Assembly (NCBI RefSeq): GCF_006345805.1 | Contig: NC_043002.1 | Span: forward strand, 25,916,001-25,980,000 | DNA length: 64,000 nt | Source: Octopus sinensis | Lineage: Eukaryota | Reading direction: 5' to 3' | In this document: positions 43,128-54,690 of the stretch, in pieces | How positions within the stretch are numbered: the first letter of the stretch is position 1 | Layout of the letters: the number at the start of each line of letters is the position of its first letter | The notes under the pieces: generated by a model | Seen by the model: the letters and a program-made list of their open reading frames with translations, nothing else | Told to the model about the DNA's origin: nothing | Database searches by the model: none | Program-made: the position numbers and the translations under genes

Positions 43128-44496
43128 CGTGTGTGTGTTTGGTTCAGTTTTCCATTATTTCATATTTTGTTGACGTAAATATCTATGCTTATGAAACTTG
43201 AACACAGGACAAACACAAACATCCCTTCATATACATTTATATAGCATATGGTAGTAGTTTTTATAGTATCCAAAACTACATTATATAATGTGTTTTTTCC
43301 TTTATAAAATACTTGTGTGTTATTTGAGAGAATCGTATAACAGCGTAGATAGAAGCTTCTACGTTGACTTGTAAGCATATATTTCTCTCAAGAATTAGTT
43401 AGGGACAAAAATGAAGTACTATGGTTTGGAGGAATGAGAATATGGGGAATGGAAACCTTGTAACCGAAGTGACTTTCTGAGAAACTGATTTTAAAATACA
43501 AAATACATTACTATCCTTGTGATTTCGTTAGGAAGCAAAAATAGAAATTTCCTATGAAATAACAAAAAACTCTTTCTGTGTCAATAAAGAGTTAACTAAA
43601 AATTCCTGTATTCAGTTACGCTATTTTAACTTCCAATCATCTCTGGCAGACCTATCATTAAACGAACAGGTCTACTTTTTTGCGGTCATTCTATGGTGAC
43701 GTTTTACTTCTACTAATATATGTCTTCTTTTGATTATTAGCTTTTTTATAAACCAAAATACACAGTTTTTTTTGTCAGTTTCTCGAAAAAGCAATTAACC
43801 CCTTCATTTCTCACCTTGACGTATTAAGTATCAACATTAACGTCGTACCTGTAACACGATGAAGACTGACCGTGGTCGTCATACTATTTTTTATTACAAT
43901 TATAGTTCTACTTGTATTCTCCTCAATTTGTACAGATTCAAAGACACGTGGCAATCTAGAAGTTCACTACTTCAAACAAACGTCGTCTTTATTTTGATTC
44001 AAATAGAAAATGTCAGGCAATAAAAATTTGCTTATCCATAGTTACTTCTTTTTATTCTCAAACTATACTTACACACATACACACACGTTTATATTAATCA
44101 TGTTAGATTTGATTAAAGTTTCACTTTAGTGGCTTTTTCAAACAGACTACAAAAGTTTCATATATACATATATATGAAGCTGTTTAATATATATATATAT
44201 ATAAACACCTAGGCGCAATCTGATACCATAAAGGAAACTTTACATATATATTTTATTGTCTGGGGGAGATAATATATAGCTTTAAATAGCTTTAAATATA
44301 TATATATATAGTATATATATATTTAACAATTAAGGAACGGCCATAATAGGCCATTCACCCACTAGAAATAACAGCCACAGCTTTCTACCGCAAATAAAGA
44401 TTAATTCCGTAAACAGGATATATATATATATGTGTGTGTGTATACATAATACTATATATATATATATTTATATATGTATATATATCTGTATATATG

Positions 44497-44550
<54 letters not shown>

Positions 44551-45159
44551 TACACACATATATGATATATCATATATATAATTGCTGTATTTGTTTTTGA
44601 AGATTCGTGAGTTAAATAGATGTATCTGGTGTGTGGTGTGTGTGTGTGTGTGTGTGTATTTTGCCAGTGTTTCTATTTTCTATAGGAAAAAAGGACCAAA
44701 GCACACACATACACGCATATATACGTATGTACGTATATGTATGTATGCATGTATGCATACATACATTCATACACGCATAAAGGCATCCGCATACGCTCAC
44801 ACGCACACATACGCATTCTGTATACACACATGTTTATAACTATTTTACATGTTCTTTTAGATGGGTTCGACCTGATTAATGATCAAATTTTTAGATGGGA
44901 TCGATCTGATTAATGATCAAATTTATTTCAGCCTCTGGCATCTCGTTTTATTTAAGGAGATATAAGATTAAGCAATCTAATGTGAATGTGTTCTTCCAGC
45001 ATTATAGACTGGCGATTTTAGATACATTTGTGGCTCTAAATTTAAATCAAAGAATTAAAATAGAACCTGCCATGATCGCTTGGTCTGCAAGAAATAGCAG
45101 TCAAATAACCTACGTTACTCATACTATTGAATTAAAAACATTGATAGACACAACACAAT

Positions 45160-45311
45160 GAATAAGTGTGGTAAATAGCTTGCTTACAAACCACATGGTT
45201 CCGGGTGTTCAATCCCACTGCGTGGCACCATGGGCAAATGTTTTCAACTATAGCCTCGGGCCACCAAAGCCTTGTGAGTGGATTTGGTAGACGGAAACTG
45301 AAAAAGCCCGT

Positions 45312-45315
<4 letters not shown>
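45160..45315 (+). mobile_element. SINE family B, 5' part
   Basis: gtggtaaatagcttgcttacaaaccacatggttccggg...gtagacggaaactgaaaaagccc. Confidence 0.8.
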
Positions 45316-45380
<65 letters not shown>

Positions 45381-46245
45381 GATATGTATGTATGTATATA
45401 TATATGTATATATAGTATGTATATATATATATATATATTAATATATGTCTTGTTATATCCCCCCATAATCGCTATGATATAATCGATATTATGGTATATA
45501 TCACGTCCCCCGTATATATAGCGTATATGCGGCAAATATATATATATAGATATATAGTATATATATCTATTTATATTAGATATAATATATGCTATAGCAT
45601 GGCCGCACTCATATATAGTGAAACAATATTAATATATATAGATATAATATATATATAATAAAACGATAAGACGGATTGGTTAACGGCAGAATGTAGCTTT
45701 ATTCGATTTTGCTTCATCGAAGTTGAGAATCGAGTAAAGCGATGACAACGACGGACAACAGTAAAAATAAGAACACCAGTAACAACAACAACAACAACAG
45801 CAAACATATGTTAGTTGCCCACTCTCTGAGTCACAATGTCATCCCCCAACATGTTAAGAGATTCTCTCACACCACAACAAATTGACTTAGTAAAATATTG
45901 GATAAGAATAACAAGGAGCAGAAATTAATGAAAGCAATAGAGATGATCATACTGTCAATGGTTTTATAACTATCTATGTGCGTGTGTTTGTGTTTGTGTG
46001 CGTTGCGTTCTTGTGCGTGCGTGGGTGAGGTTATACATTTTCTATAGATATATCTATATACACATGCATATAGTAAATATTATCTGTGTCTAGAGATAAA
46101 TATCAATATACCCGATATATATATATATATATATATATGTGTGTATTTATATATATATATCTAGATGTGTGAGATATATATATATGTATATATATAATTT
46201 ATATATATATATATCATATCTATATATATATATTATATATATATA

Positions 46246-46308
<63 letters not shown>

Positions 46309-46337
46309 TATTATATATATATATATATAGTATATAT

Positions 46338-46740
46338 AGGCGCAGATGGCTGTGTGGTAAGTAGCTTGCTACCAACCACATGGTTCCGGGTTCAGTCCCA
46401 CTGCGTGGCATCTTGGGCAAGTGTCTTCTGCTATAGCCCGGGCCGAACAATGCCTTGTGAGTGGATTTGGTAGGCGGAACTGAAAGAAGCCTGTCGTATA
46501 TATGTATATATAATATATGTATGTATGTGTGTGTGTGTGTGTTTGTGTGTCTGTGTTTGTCCCCCTAGCATTGCTTGACAACCGATGCTGGTGTGTTTAC
46601 GTCCCGGTCACTTAGTGGTTCGGCAAAAGTGACCGATAGAATAAGTACTGGGCTTACAAAGAATAAGTCCCGGGGTCGATTTGCTCGACTAAAGGCGGTG
46701 CACCAGCATAGCCGCAGTCAAATGACTGAAGCTAGTAAAA
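46338..46740 (+). mobile_element. SINE family B, near-complete copy
   Basis: tRNA-like head with A/B boxes (tgtgtggtaag; ggttcagtcc), conserved core, internal (TG)n and 3' part ending ...aaatgactgaagctagtaaaa. Confidence 0.85.
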
Positions 46741-46978
46741 AAAAAATATATGTATATATATACGTGGATACACACACATATATATATAATTGTATATCAT
46801 TGCGTGTGCATATATATATATGAAAAATTAATCAAAGGACATACTATGTCTATCTGCTGGAAATAACAGTCAAAACTGTTATTTAAATCGCAAAAATACA
46901 CTGATGATAACTCTAGAAATCAACCAAAATCAGATCAGGTTAATAAAATCTCCTAACGCACATTTAAGTATTTTGACT

Positions 46979-47034
46979 CACATGGACCGGTTTCTGCACT
47001 GGCCAAAAAATCGCCTTAGCTTCTTCAGCACGCG
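46979..47034 (-). ncRNA. Degenerate minimal hammerhead ribozyme
   Basis: cgcgtg-CTGAAGA-A-[irregular stem II]-GAAA-ccgg-TC-catgtg. Palindromic ACCGGT stem III; stem I 6 bp with two G.U pairs. Confidence 0.5.
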
Positions 47035-47334
47035 TTACCATGATACCACCAAACTATCGTTTTGAAGATTGCACCGCAACTGATTAGTTTTGTGCTGAAA
47101 TCAATTACAGCCACCAGTGAAGAAATACTCCCGATACAAGGGCAAAGAATTCGCGTTTTCCTGTCCTGTTTCTATTCCTTCTTGTACTGTATTTTTTGTA
47201 ATTGTATCTTATTTTGTATTTGTTTTTAATTGTATTGTTTTTACGTCCTTTTTTTGTCACATTTTTGTCACATTTTTTTCCTTGTTTTTACCCCTCTGCA
47301 AAGGAATTTTATTTTAATTCTTTCTCAGGAAGGA

Positions 47335-47410
47335 CTAGTTCAGCGAGACGTGTTCTGTCCATCCTTCGAAACACGCTGGAGTTGAACTAGGGACAGCTGA
47401 TGAAGGGGAT
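47335..47410 (+). ncRNA. Candidate non-circularly permuted hammerhead ribozyme
   Basis: All core nucleotides and three helices are present, but the strands occur in the order III'-UH-I', II'-GAAA-III, I-CUGAUGA-II. Confidence 0.65.
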
Positions 47411-48152
47411 TTTTCCTTGCGTAGTTGTCTTGTACTCTGTTTTTTCGTTGTTAAAAAAATGGTCCGTTCCATGCTGTTTTTACGTTTTCGTTTCTCGTTG
47501 AGTTCTGGCGTCTATTTGTGGTGTCCTGTACACACGTATATATATTTATATATGCATGTATAATACATGTAGATGTAGTACGTACATATATGTTTGTATG
47601 TATGCATATATTTTTTTTATTACACTATATATATATATATATATAGCGGCGAACGTACACTTAATATCTTATGTAAGTACACATTTTCAAATCTTCTACA
47701 ACTCTTCACGCTTATTCGTTCTTCTACTCTTCGTTCTTTCGTTCCCCCTCTCTCACATTTCTTCGCCTTCTCTTCTTACTCACGTTCCTTCCACTTTTCA
47801 TTTCGCTGTGTCCCTGTCATTTTTTCTCGCCCCTCCTTAATTTCTTCTGTCCCTCTGCTTCTACTTCTCTCTCTTCTCTTCCCACGTGACCATTCGGCCA
47901 AGCCTGCTCTTTCTCTCCTGGTCTGACCGTTGTCCGTGCAACATCGATATTCTTCCCTGTGTTTATGAAACTTTTGTATCTCTGCCGTAAGGCTTCATTT
48001 CCACACACGCTAGCTTAATTCAATTCGTCCTTAGTCGAAAGACACCTCTTGTTATGTCCTGTAATTATTTTTATTGTATTTCTATTTGTATTGTGAACAT
48101 TGTCCGTCTGTTTGTCTATCTAACTTTCTGTCTCTTGGTACTTACCTCTGAT

Positions 48153-48252
48153 NNNNNNNNNNNNNNNNNNNNNNNNNNNNNNNNNNNNNNNNNNNNNNNN
48201 NNNNNNNNNNNNNNNNNNNNNNNNNNNNNNNNNNNNNNNNNNNNNNNNNNNN
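48153..48252. other. Assembly gap (100 N)
   Basis: Run of n. Confidence 1.
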
Positions 48253-48398
48253 TACTGTTATTTTTTGTAATTGTATCTTATTTTGTATTGTTTTTAATTG
48301 TATTGTTTTTACGTCCTTTTTTGTCACATTTTTGTCACATTTTTTCCTTTTTTTACCCCTATGCAAAGGAATTTTAATTTAATTCTTCTCAGGAAGGA

Positions 48399-48474
48399 CT
48401 AGTTCAGCGAGACGTGTTCTGTCCATCCTTCGAAACACACTGGAGTTGAACTAGGGACAGCTGATGAAGGGGAT
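48399..48474 (+). ncRNA. Duplicate of the permuted HHR (probably the same locus assembled twice)
   Basis: Same as 47335-47410 except GAAACACG to GAAACACA. Confidence 0.5.
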
Positions 48475-49333
48475 TTTTCCTTGCGTAGTTGTCTTGTACT
48501 CTGTTTTTTCGTTGTTAAAAAAATGGTCCGTTCCAATGCTGTTTTTACGTTTTCGTTCTCGTTGAGTTCTGCGTCTATTTGTGTGTCCTGTACACAACGT
48601 ATATATATTTATATATGCATGTATATATACATGTAGATGTAGGTACGTACATATATGTTTGTATGTATGCATATATTTTATTTATTACACTATATATATA
48701 TATATATATATATAGCGGCGAACGTACACTTTAATATCTTATGTAAGTACACATTTTTCAAAATCTTCTACAACTCTTTCACGCTTATTCGTTCATTCTA
48801 CTCTTCGTTCTTTCGTTCCCCCTCTCTCACATTTCTTCGCCTTCTCTTCTTACTCACGTTCCTTCCACTTTTCATTTCGCTGTGTCCCTGTCATTTTTTC
48901 TCGCCCCTCCTTAATTTCTTCTTGCCCTCTGCTTCTACTTCTCTCTTCTCTTCCCACGTGACCATTCGGCCAAGCCTGCCTTTCTCTCTGGTCTGACCGT
49001 TGTCCTGTCGTGCAACATCGATATTTTTCCCTGTGTTTATGAAACTTGTGTATCTCTGCCGTAAGGCTCATTTCCACACACGCTAGCTTAATTCAATTCG
49101 TCCTTAGTCGAAAGACACCTCTTGTTATGTCCTGTAATTATTTTTATTGTATTTCTATTTGTATTTGTGTAACATTGTCCGTCTGTTTGTCTATCTAACT
49201 TTCTGTCTCTTTGGTACTTACCTCTGATGAGATCCTAATAAGGGTTGAAAGTGGTTAATCATTGTCCATCAATCTTTAGAGAAATAGATATATTTTACGT
49301 TCGTATATCTGCTGCCTAGGTTTACACACACAC

Positions 49334-49373
<40 letters not shown>

Positions 49374-50007
49374 TACACACACGCACACACACACACATAT
49401 ACACACATATATTTATATGAATAATATTTACCTGATATCAGTTAGATGAAATAAACACATATACACGTAAAACTGTTGTATACATCCTATGAATTAACAA
49501 AGAATTTTCGTCAAACTACAGCCACGTAGTTCTAAATACAATACAACTTGCATCTGTTGAAAGTCAGCATCTATACGGCTTCTGTGGAGTTTTTAAAATT
49601 TATTTTCCTTTTCTTCACTTTCTATATGACATCCATCCTTAATCTTGGCTGTTGGCTAATGTATTTCATATTTTTATATATCACTTTGACATATAAAGTA
49701 TTTACTTCATACTTTGTCCTACTGTCAATTTGTGTGTGAATTACCTTCACTTTTCCCATTTTTGAGTGGTTGTTTTTCTTCTGCTCCTCCCCCTCGTCAC
49801 CTCCCCCTCATCACCTCCCCTCCTCCTCCTGCACCCCCTCTTCCCGCACCCCCTCCTCCTGCACCCCCTCCTCCTGCTCCCCTCCCCCCTGCCGCTCCTC
49901 CCCTCCCCCTCATTCCCCCCACTCCTCCAGCTCCTCTTGCTCCCCTCTTCCTCCTGCTCCTCCTGCTCCTGCTCCTGCTCCCCTCCTCCTCCTCCTCCTT
50001 TATTGTA

Positions 50008-50195
50008 AGGCTGTGAGCCGGTAGACTCATTAGCAAGCTGGACAATGTACTTAGCGGCATTTCGTCCGTCTTTATGTTCTAAGTTAAAATTCCGCCGAGC
50101 TCGACTTTGTGTTTTGGTTTCGATAAAATAAGTTCCAGTTGAACTCTGGGGTCAATGTACTCAACTAGTCCCCTCCACCAAAATTATGCCTATAG
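50008..50195 (+). mobile_element. SINE family A, degenerate copy
   Basis: aggctgtgagccggtag...cttagcggcatttcgtccgtc...aaattccgccgag. Confidence 0.7.
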
Positions 50196-51067
50196 TAGGG
50201 TCCATCATCTACTATCGCTTGACCCCTGTGCCTTGTCCTGGCCACCGTCTGATTATGTTGTAGCGTATACTCTTCAGCTTCTTGTGTCAGGCGGTCTATC
50301 TGCTGTCAACATCCGCTGCGTCGTGCCCTAGGCATGCCGTAGATGATGATGTGAATACATGCGCTGAGGCTACCGCATCTCCAGTGCTTCCTTGACGGTG
50401 AACAGGTGTGGCCGCCGTTCGCCAGACACGTATTTCCGCAGCTAGTTTCTTTAACGGAGTCGCAGTCCTGGGTAAAACAGAAACCGAGAAGGAGCATTTG
50501 GAAAGTGGAATGTCTTCAAGCACTCACTGCCCTCAGCTAATCGGACACTGCGATAGGTGGAACGTCCACTTTAGCCTTTTATAGAGTATCAGTGAGAGAA
50601 AGTGCGACGACGTTCTTGGGGAGCCCTTGGGCATCGAAGAAAACCAGCTAGCCGTTCTTTTCCGGAGAACTTTCTGCTGGGATCAATGGATAATTTCCAA
50701 AAATCTCTGGCTTGGCAGTGTTGCCGGGGAGCTTTGCCTGTTCGAGATAATCTTTACAGGCACGGAAGTGCCGTCAACCGAGCATATCTGAGACACACAC
50801 AGGACTACGAGACGGTCCTGCATGCACACGTTCAGTGCTCGAGCATTGATGACCTGTGGGTTTATGTCAAACATCTGCTGTCCCGTATGGGACGGATCCG
50901 GCTGTCAAATGAATCCATCATGAAGAACATCCCACCGCCTTCCTTTAAACACGAAAGAAAAGCTGTGTTTATATGCCTGGTGGCCATGGCGAAAGAGGTT
51001 GTATGGTGGACGAGATTGAAGGGGCTGAAGAAAAACACTTTGACCAATCTCTGATCAATTTCTTCAA

Positions 51068-51255
51068 CACAGTTCTATATTTAAGAGATGAGGAATTATG
51101 TACATTATTTACATTATTTACATTCGACGGATATTTGTCCTCATCTTGTTTGTTGTTAACACAACATTTCGTCTGATATAACCTCCAGCCTTCTTCAGGT
51201 GTCTTGGGGAAATTTCGAACCTGGGTTCTCATTCTTAAGGTATTCTTCGATGTTG

Positions 51256-51301
<46 letters not shown>

Positions 51302-51340
51302 CATTATTATTATTATTATTATTATTGTACATGTCACTAC

Positions 51341-51397
<57 letters not shown>

Positions 51398-51475
51398 GTA
51401 CATGTCACTACTTGGAATCGAACTCGGAATCTTGGGGTTAGTAGCCCGCGCTCTTAACCACTACGCCATATGCCC
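51068..51475 (-). mobile_element. tRNA-headed SINE with internal (AAT)n and a 3' hammerhead ribozyme
   Basis: Minus-strand head gggcatatggcgtagtggttaagagcgcgggctactaacccc...gagttcgattcc has A and B boxes; HHR at 51158-51203; insertion splits LINE copy F. Confidence 0.8.
51158..51203 (-). ncRNA. Minimal type I hammerhead ribozyme (two substitutions from ideal pairing)
   Basis: gacac-CTGAAGA-A-ggctg-gaggttatat-cagac-GAAA-tg-TT-gtgtt. Stem I gacac/gtgtt; stem II has one G.A mismatch; stem III AATGTT is probably a CpG-decayed AACGTT. Confidence 0.65.
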
Positions 51476-54204
51476 GTTTCACTTAAAAGGAAAATAAGAG
51501 TAGAGAGGAAAGTGTTGTCTTCTAGTCAGTTTGCTGAAAGGTGGATGGAAGTGGCGAGAATAGTGCCAGTGAAGGGGCCTGCCCTGAGCATACGCTTGTA
51601 GTTGGAAAATAGGGAAGAAAGTAAGGTACCTGCCCCCAAAAGTCAGCGTACCCATGATTTTCCATCAGTGGCCCTCGAACGTCTCCTCCATATCGAGGAT
51701 TACACGTTGTTTTAAAAAAAATTTTTTGGTCTTGTTTACAGGCAAAACCCTCACAGCACACTCACACACATACACACGCACACATTCATTGTTTTGTCCT
51801 GTACTGTCCCCAACGTTTTCTTTAATGTAAACCCTTGTGATTAATAAAGAAATTATCACTCTGTATACTTTAACATTGTTACTATGACAACAGTCCGGAT
51901 ACTTATTGATCAGACCTCGTAAGTCAGCATATTTTCAGCTCGTCATTAACTTCTTTGAAATGATTTTGTCTGAAAGTATTGCTCAGTGTATTATGAGGTA
52001 TTCTCTTTTTCACTCATCGTGTAAATTGATGACCGGTCTATGATGTCCAATTATTTTATTTGTCTAGTTGTCTAAATCCCATAAAAGTTTTTTATATGTT
52101 AGTTTCATTTAGAGCCTTTTCTTATGCTAAGTTGTATATCTGTCTTCTGAAGTGTTATAGCTAAACGCTTTGCAAAGAAACCTATTTAAATTGAGACAGG
52201 CCATTGGTTAGGACGTGATGATCAGGAATGTAAAGCATTTCATCATAGATATTCTGCTGAGCCAGGGTTGGCTTTCTGCTATGTATGAACAATGTCATTA
52301 CATACATACCAGATTTTCGCAGTTTTTATACGCAAGGGGAACATCAGGATCGGAAGCCGCACTATGTACGGTTGCGAAACGAACTGTTTAATCACATCAC
52401 TATTTCTGCAAACACCATTTCTGTAAACACATACTATGAAATTATCAATATATTTCAAACGAAAGAATTTTTCAAAAACTTTACCTGGGTCACGAGATAA
52501 TAGAGATTTCACACGATGCTTCATAATATGGTCATTTAGTTTGATGTAATGTATGAATATATTTAACACGGAACTAAACTGTTGACTGTAACTCACGTTA
52601 CTGTTCTGTCGAAATTGGTTTATATTACTTGAAGGAAGTAAGAACCGTTCGTTGTAATACGATTATAAAGGTTAAGTGTTATACGATAGCGAATGTCAGG
52701 CTATGGGAAACGGAAAGATATAAAGTGTAAATTAATTACATTTTCTGTATTCATATATTCATATATGTATTTAAATGTGTAGTCATGAAGAGAAATATGA
52801 ACGAATTAGTATGTAAAATCTTCAAAAGAGTATTTACTACAAATTTTACGATTTAGCTGTAATTCTATTTGAAACTGTACTACCTCAAATAAAACAATGG
52901 AATTTAGATGAGAACAACAGTAAACACTTACAGCTTAAATTGAATCTTGCATATTTCTACTGTATCGCTTATAGACTGAAGAAAAAAAAATTAGATTAAT
53001 TGGTCACATTTTCTGCCTCTGAAAGTATTAGCTTTTAGAGATTACCACTTAAACACTAACATAATCAAATGCATCAAAGATTAAGGGCATAAATGTAAAT
53101 ATATAATCTGAGAGGCTGCAGGTATTTTGCGGTATTCGACTTTAAACATCCTTTGTCACGTATTTTCAATGGCATCTTTAAAAATTATGTAGTACCTTGT
53201 TTGTGTCACTTCTCAAGCAACTACGGCAGATCTGAAGTTTTTCTATTTAGAGAATATTTTACTGGTAATGTTCCATGGACATTATTTATTTTCGAATATC
53301 TAAATATACGTAGAATAAGAAATATTTTAAAATAATTTTACTCTTTGGTGTAAGAGAAAGAGAGTATTCTTGGCCATTGGAACCCCCAACTCAAACAATG
53401 GGGAGACTGATATGGTTAATCTTCAGGATGAAGAGCTCGGAGAAGGTAACCAACAAAGAACTCTAGGAATTTGATGGTCCAAGAAGGAAGAACTACGAAG
53501 AGTTGTTAGTGAGGGGCCTGAAATGGGAAACTGAATGAGTACGAGAGGAGTAGAAACAGGACTTATGAGAAGGATTCCGTGAAGATAGTAGACTAGTAGC
53601 TGGGTACTAATAGCAGAAGGGAGACAGCTAAGGGAGATGTAAAATGAGGAGACATTACGCTCAAGAAATAGAGTTTGCAGTGTACCGATTTATAGAGAGT
53701 CCTTGCTAATGAACAAGATAGCTTTATTTCTGATGGTTTTTGGTATTTTTTATACAGTTGCAGATATGTTCCATAGGTGGAGGTACTATTTTATTAAAGG
53801 CCTCACGTGAGCTTTGTAGCAACTGCTCGAGAATGAAGAGTCATCTGTCTCTAAAAGTGAAAATAAATCTTTGGAGAGAGGTTTTTGCTCTGCGATTTAT
53901 GAGAACTTTCAATAAGAAAACATCAGTGATTGTAATACTTAAAATTTTTAGCGTGTTCGTAGATTTTAATTGTCTGTTGTGCATGTTAGTGAGGTTGAAT
54001 TAGAAGTTCATTTTCTTGATTTGTGCAGTTATTGTTTATTTGTGCTGTTGAAGATGGTACTGTTGACATGTACCCATCATTAAAGAATCTTTTCGAGGTC
54101 TTAGTTTATGGAGTAAAAGATTTGGCGTCAGGTGTTTAGGTTGCATAAGGACGACACCAGGTTGTGGAAGGTTAAGGAAGTGGGAGTAAGGGGATAACAT
54201 CTTA

Positions 54205-54563
54205 AGTACAGTGATATTTTGTTAAATGTGAGACCAATCGACATGAATGTTGTGAGTAAAGAGGTTGTAAAAATCACCAAGTACTCCGAATTGAAAGTGG
54301 AAATGACAAGACTGTATGTAATGCGAGAGGGTAATGCAAAAGTGATACCAGTGGTGATCGGAGCGTTGTGCTCAGTCCCATTGAAATTTCCTGATTTCTT
54401 AAGGCAACTGGAAATCCCTGACAAGATTGATGTGTTGCAAAAAGCAGTCTTATTGGGCACAGCGCACATCTTAAGGAAAGTATTATCTGTCTGAGCTCCT
54501 TGTTGTGACTTGACAGATGACTAAAGACTCCGCTGCATTTTTACGTACACTGTGTTACGAAGG
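54205..54563 (+). mobile_element. R4/Dong-clade non-LTR retrotransposon 3' fragment (restriction-like endonuclease C-terminus)
   Basis: ORF 54219-54494: KEVVKITKYSELKVE...VIPVVIGALCSVP...LQKAVLLGTAHILRKVLSV*; short 3' UTR followed by (ATA)n. Confidence 0.8.
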
Positions 54564-54646
54564 AATAATAATAATAATAATAATAATAATGATGATGACG
54601 ATGATGATGATGATGATTATGAGGATGATGATGAGGGTGATGATGA

Positions 54647-54690
<44 letters not shown>

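Larger units (their letters stand above)
47100..49270 (+). mobile_element. Composite Penelope-like terminal-repeat region with HHR motifs, ~970 bp duplicated across the gap
   Basis: About 47185-48152 is repeated at about 48253-49228; HHR-like cores at 47397, 48461 and 49224. Confidence 0.55.
50296..51853 (+). mobile_element. Older diverged Tx1-clade LINE 3' part (copy F), interrupted at 51068-51475
   Basis: MDNFQKSLAWQC..ALPVRDNLYRHG...ETVLHAHVQC; resumes at HLKGK/IRVERKVL after the insertion; 3' end acccttgtgattaataaagaaat. Confidence 0.88.

Noticed and set aside
46889-46935. CTGATGA-taactcta-GAAA
   Set aside because: Stem II is only 2 bp and there is no stem I; likely chance (same verdict for ctgagga...gaaa near 58036).
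47185-49228. ~970-bp direct repeat as a genuine tandem pLTR
   Set aside because: The copies end and start exactly at a 100-N gap and differ mostly by 1-bp indels, as expected of an unmerged contig overlap. Spanning reads are needed, so the permuted HHR is counted as one locus.
49766-50060. Proline-rich, formin-like ORF
   Set aside because: Derived from a (CCT)n/15-bp C-rich low-complexity tract that is open in several frames; no flanking domain or convincing splice context.
51420-51475. Functional tRNA gene
   Set aside because: No acceptor-stem pairing, and it continues into repeat sequence; this is a SINE head. The same applies to the other A/B-box hits.
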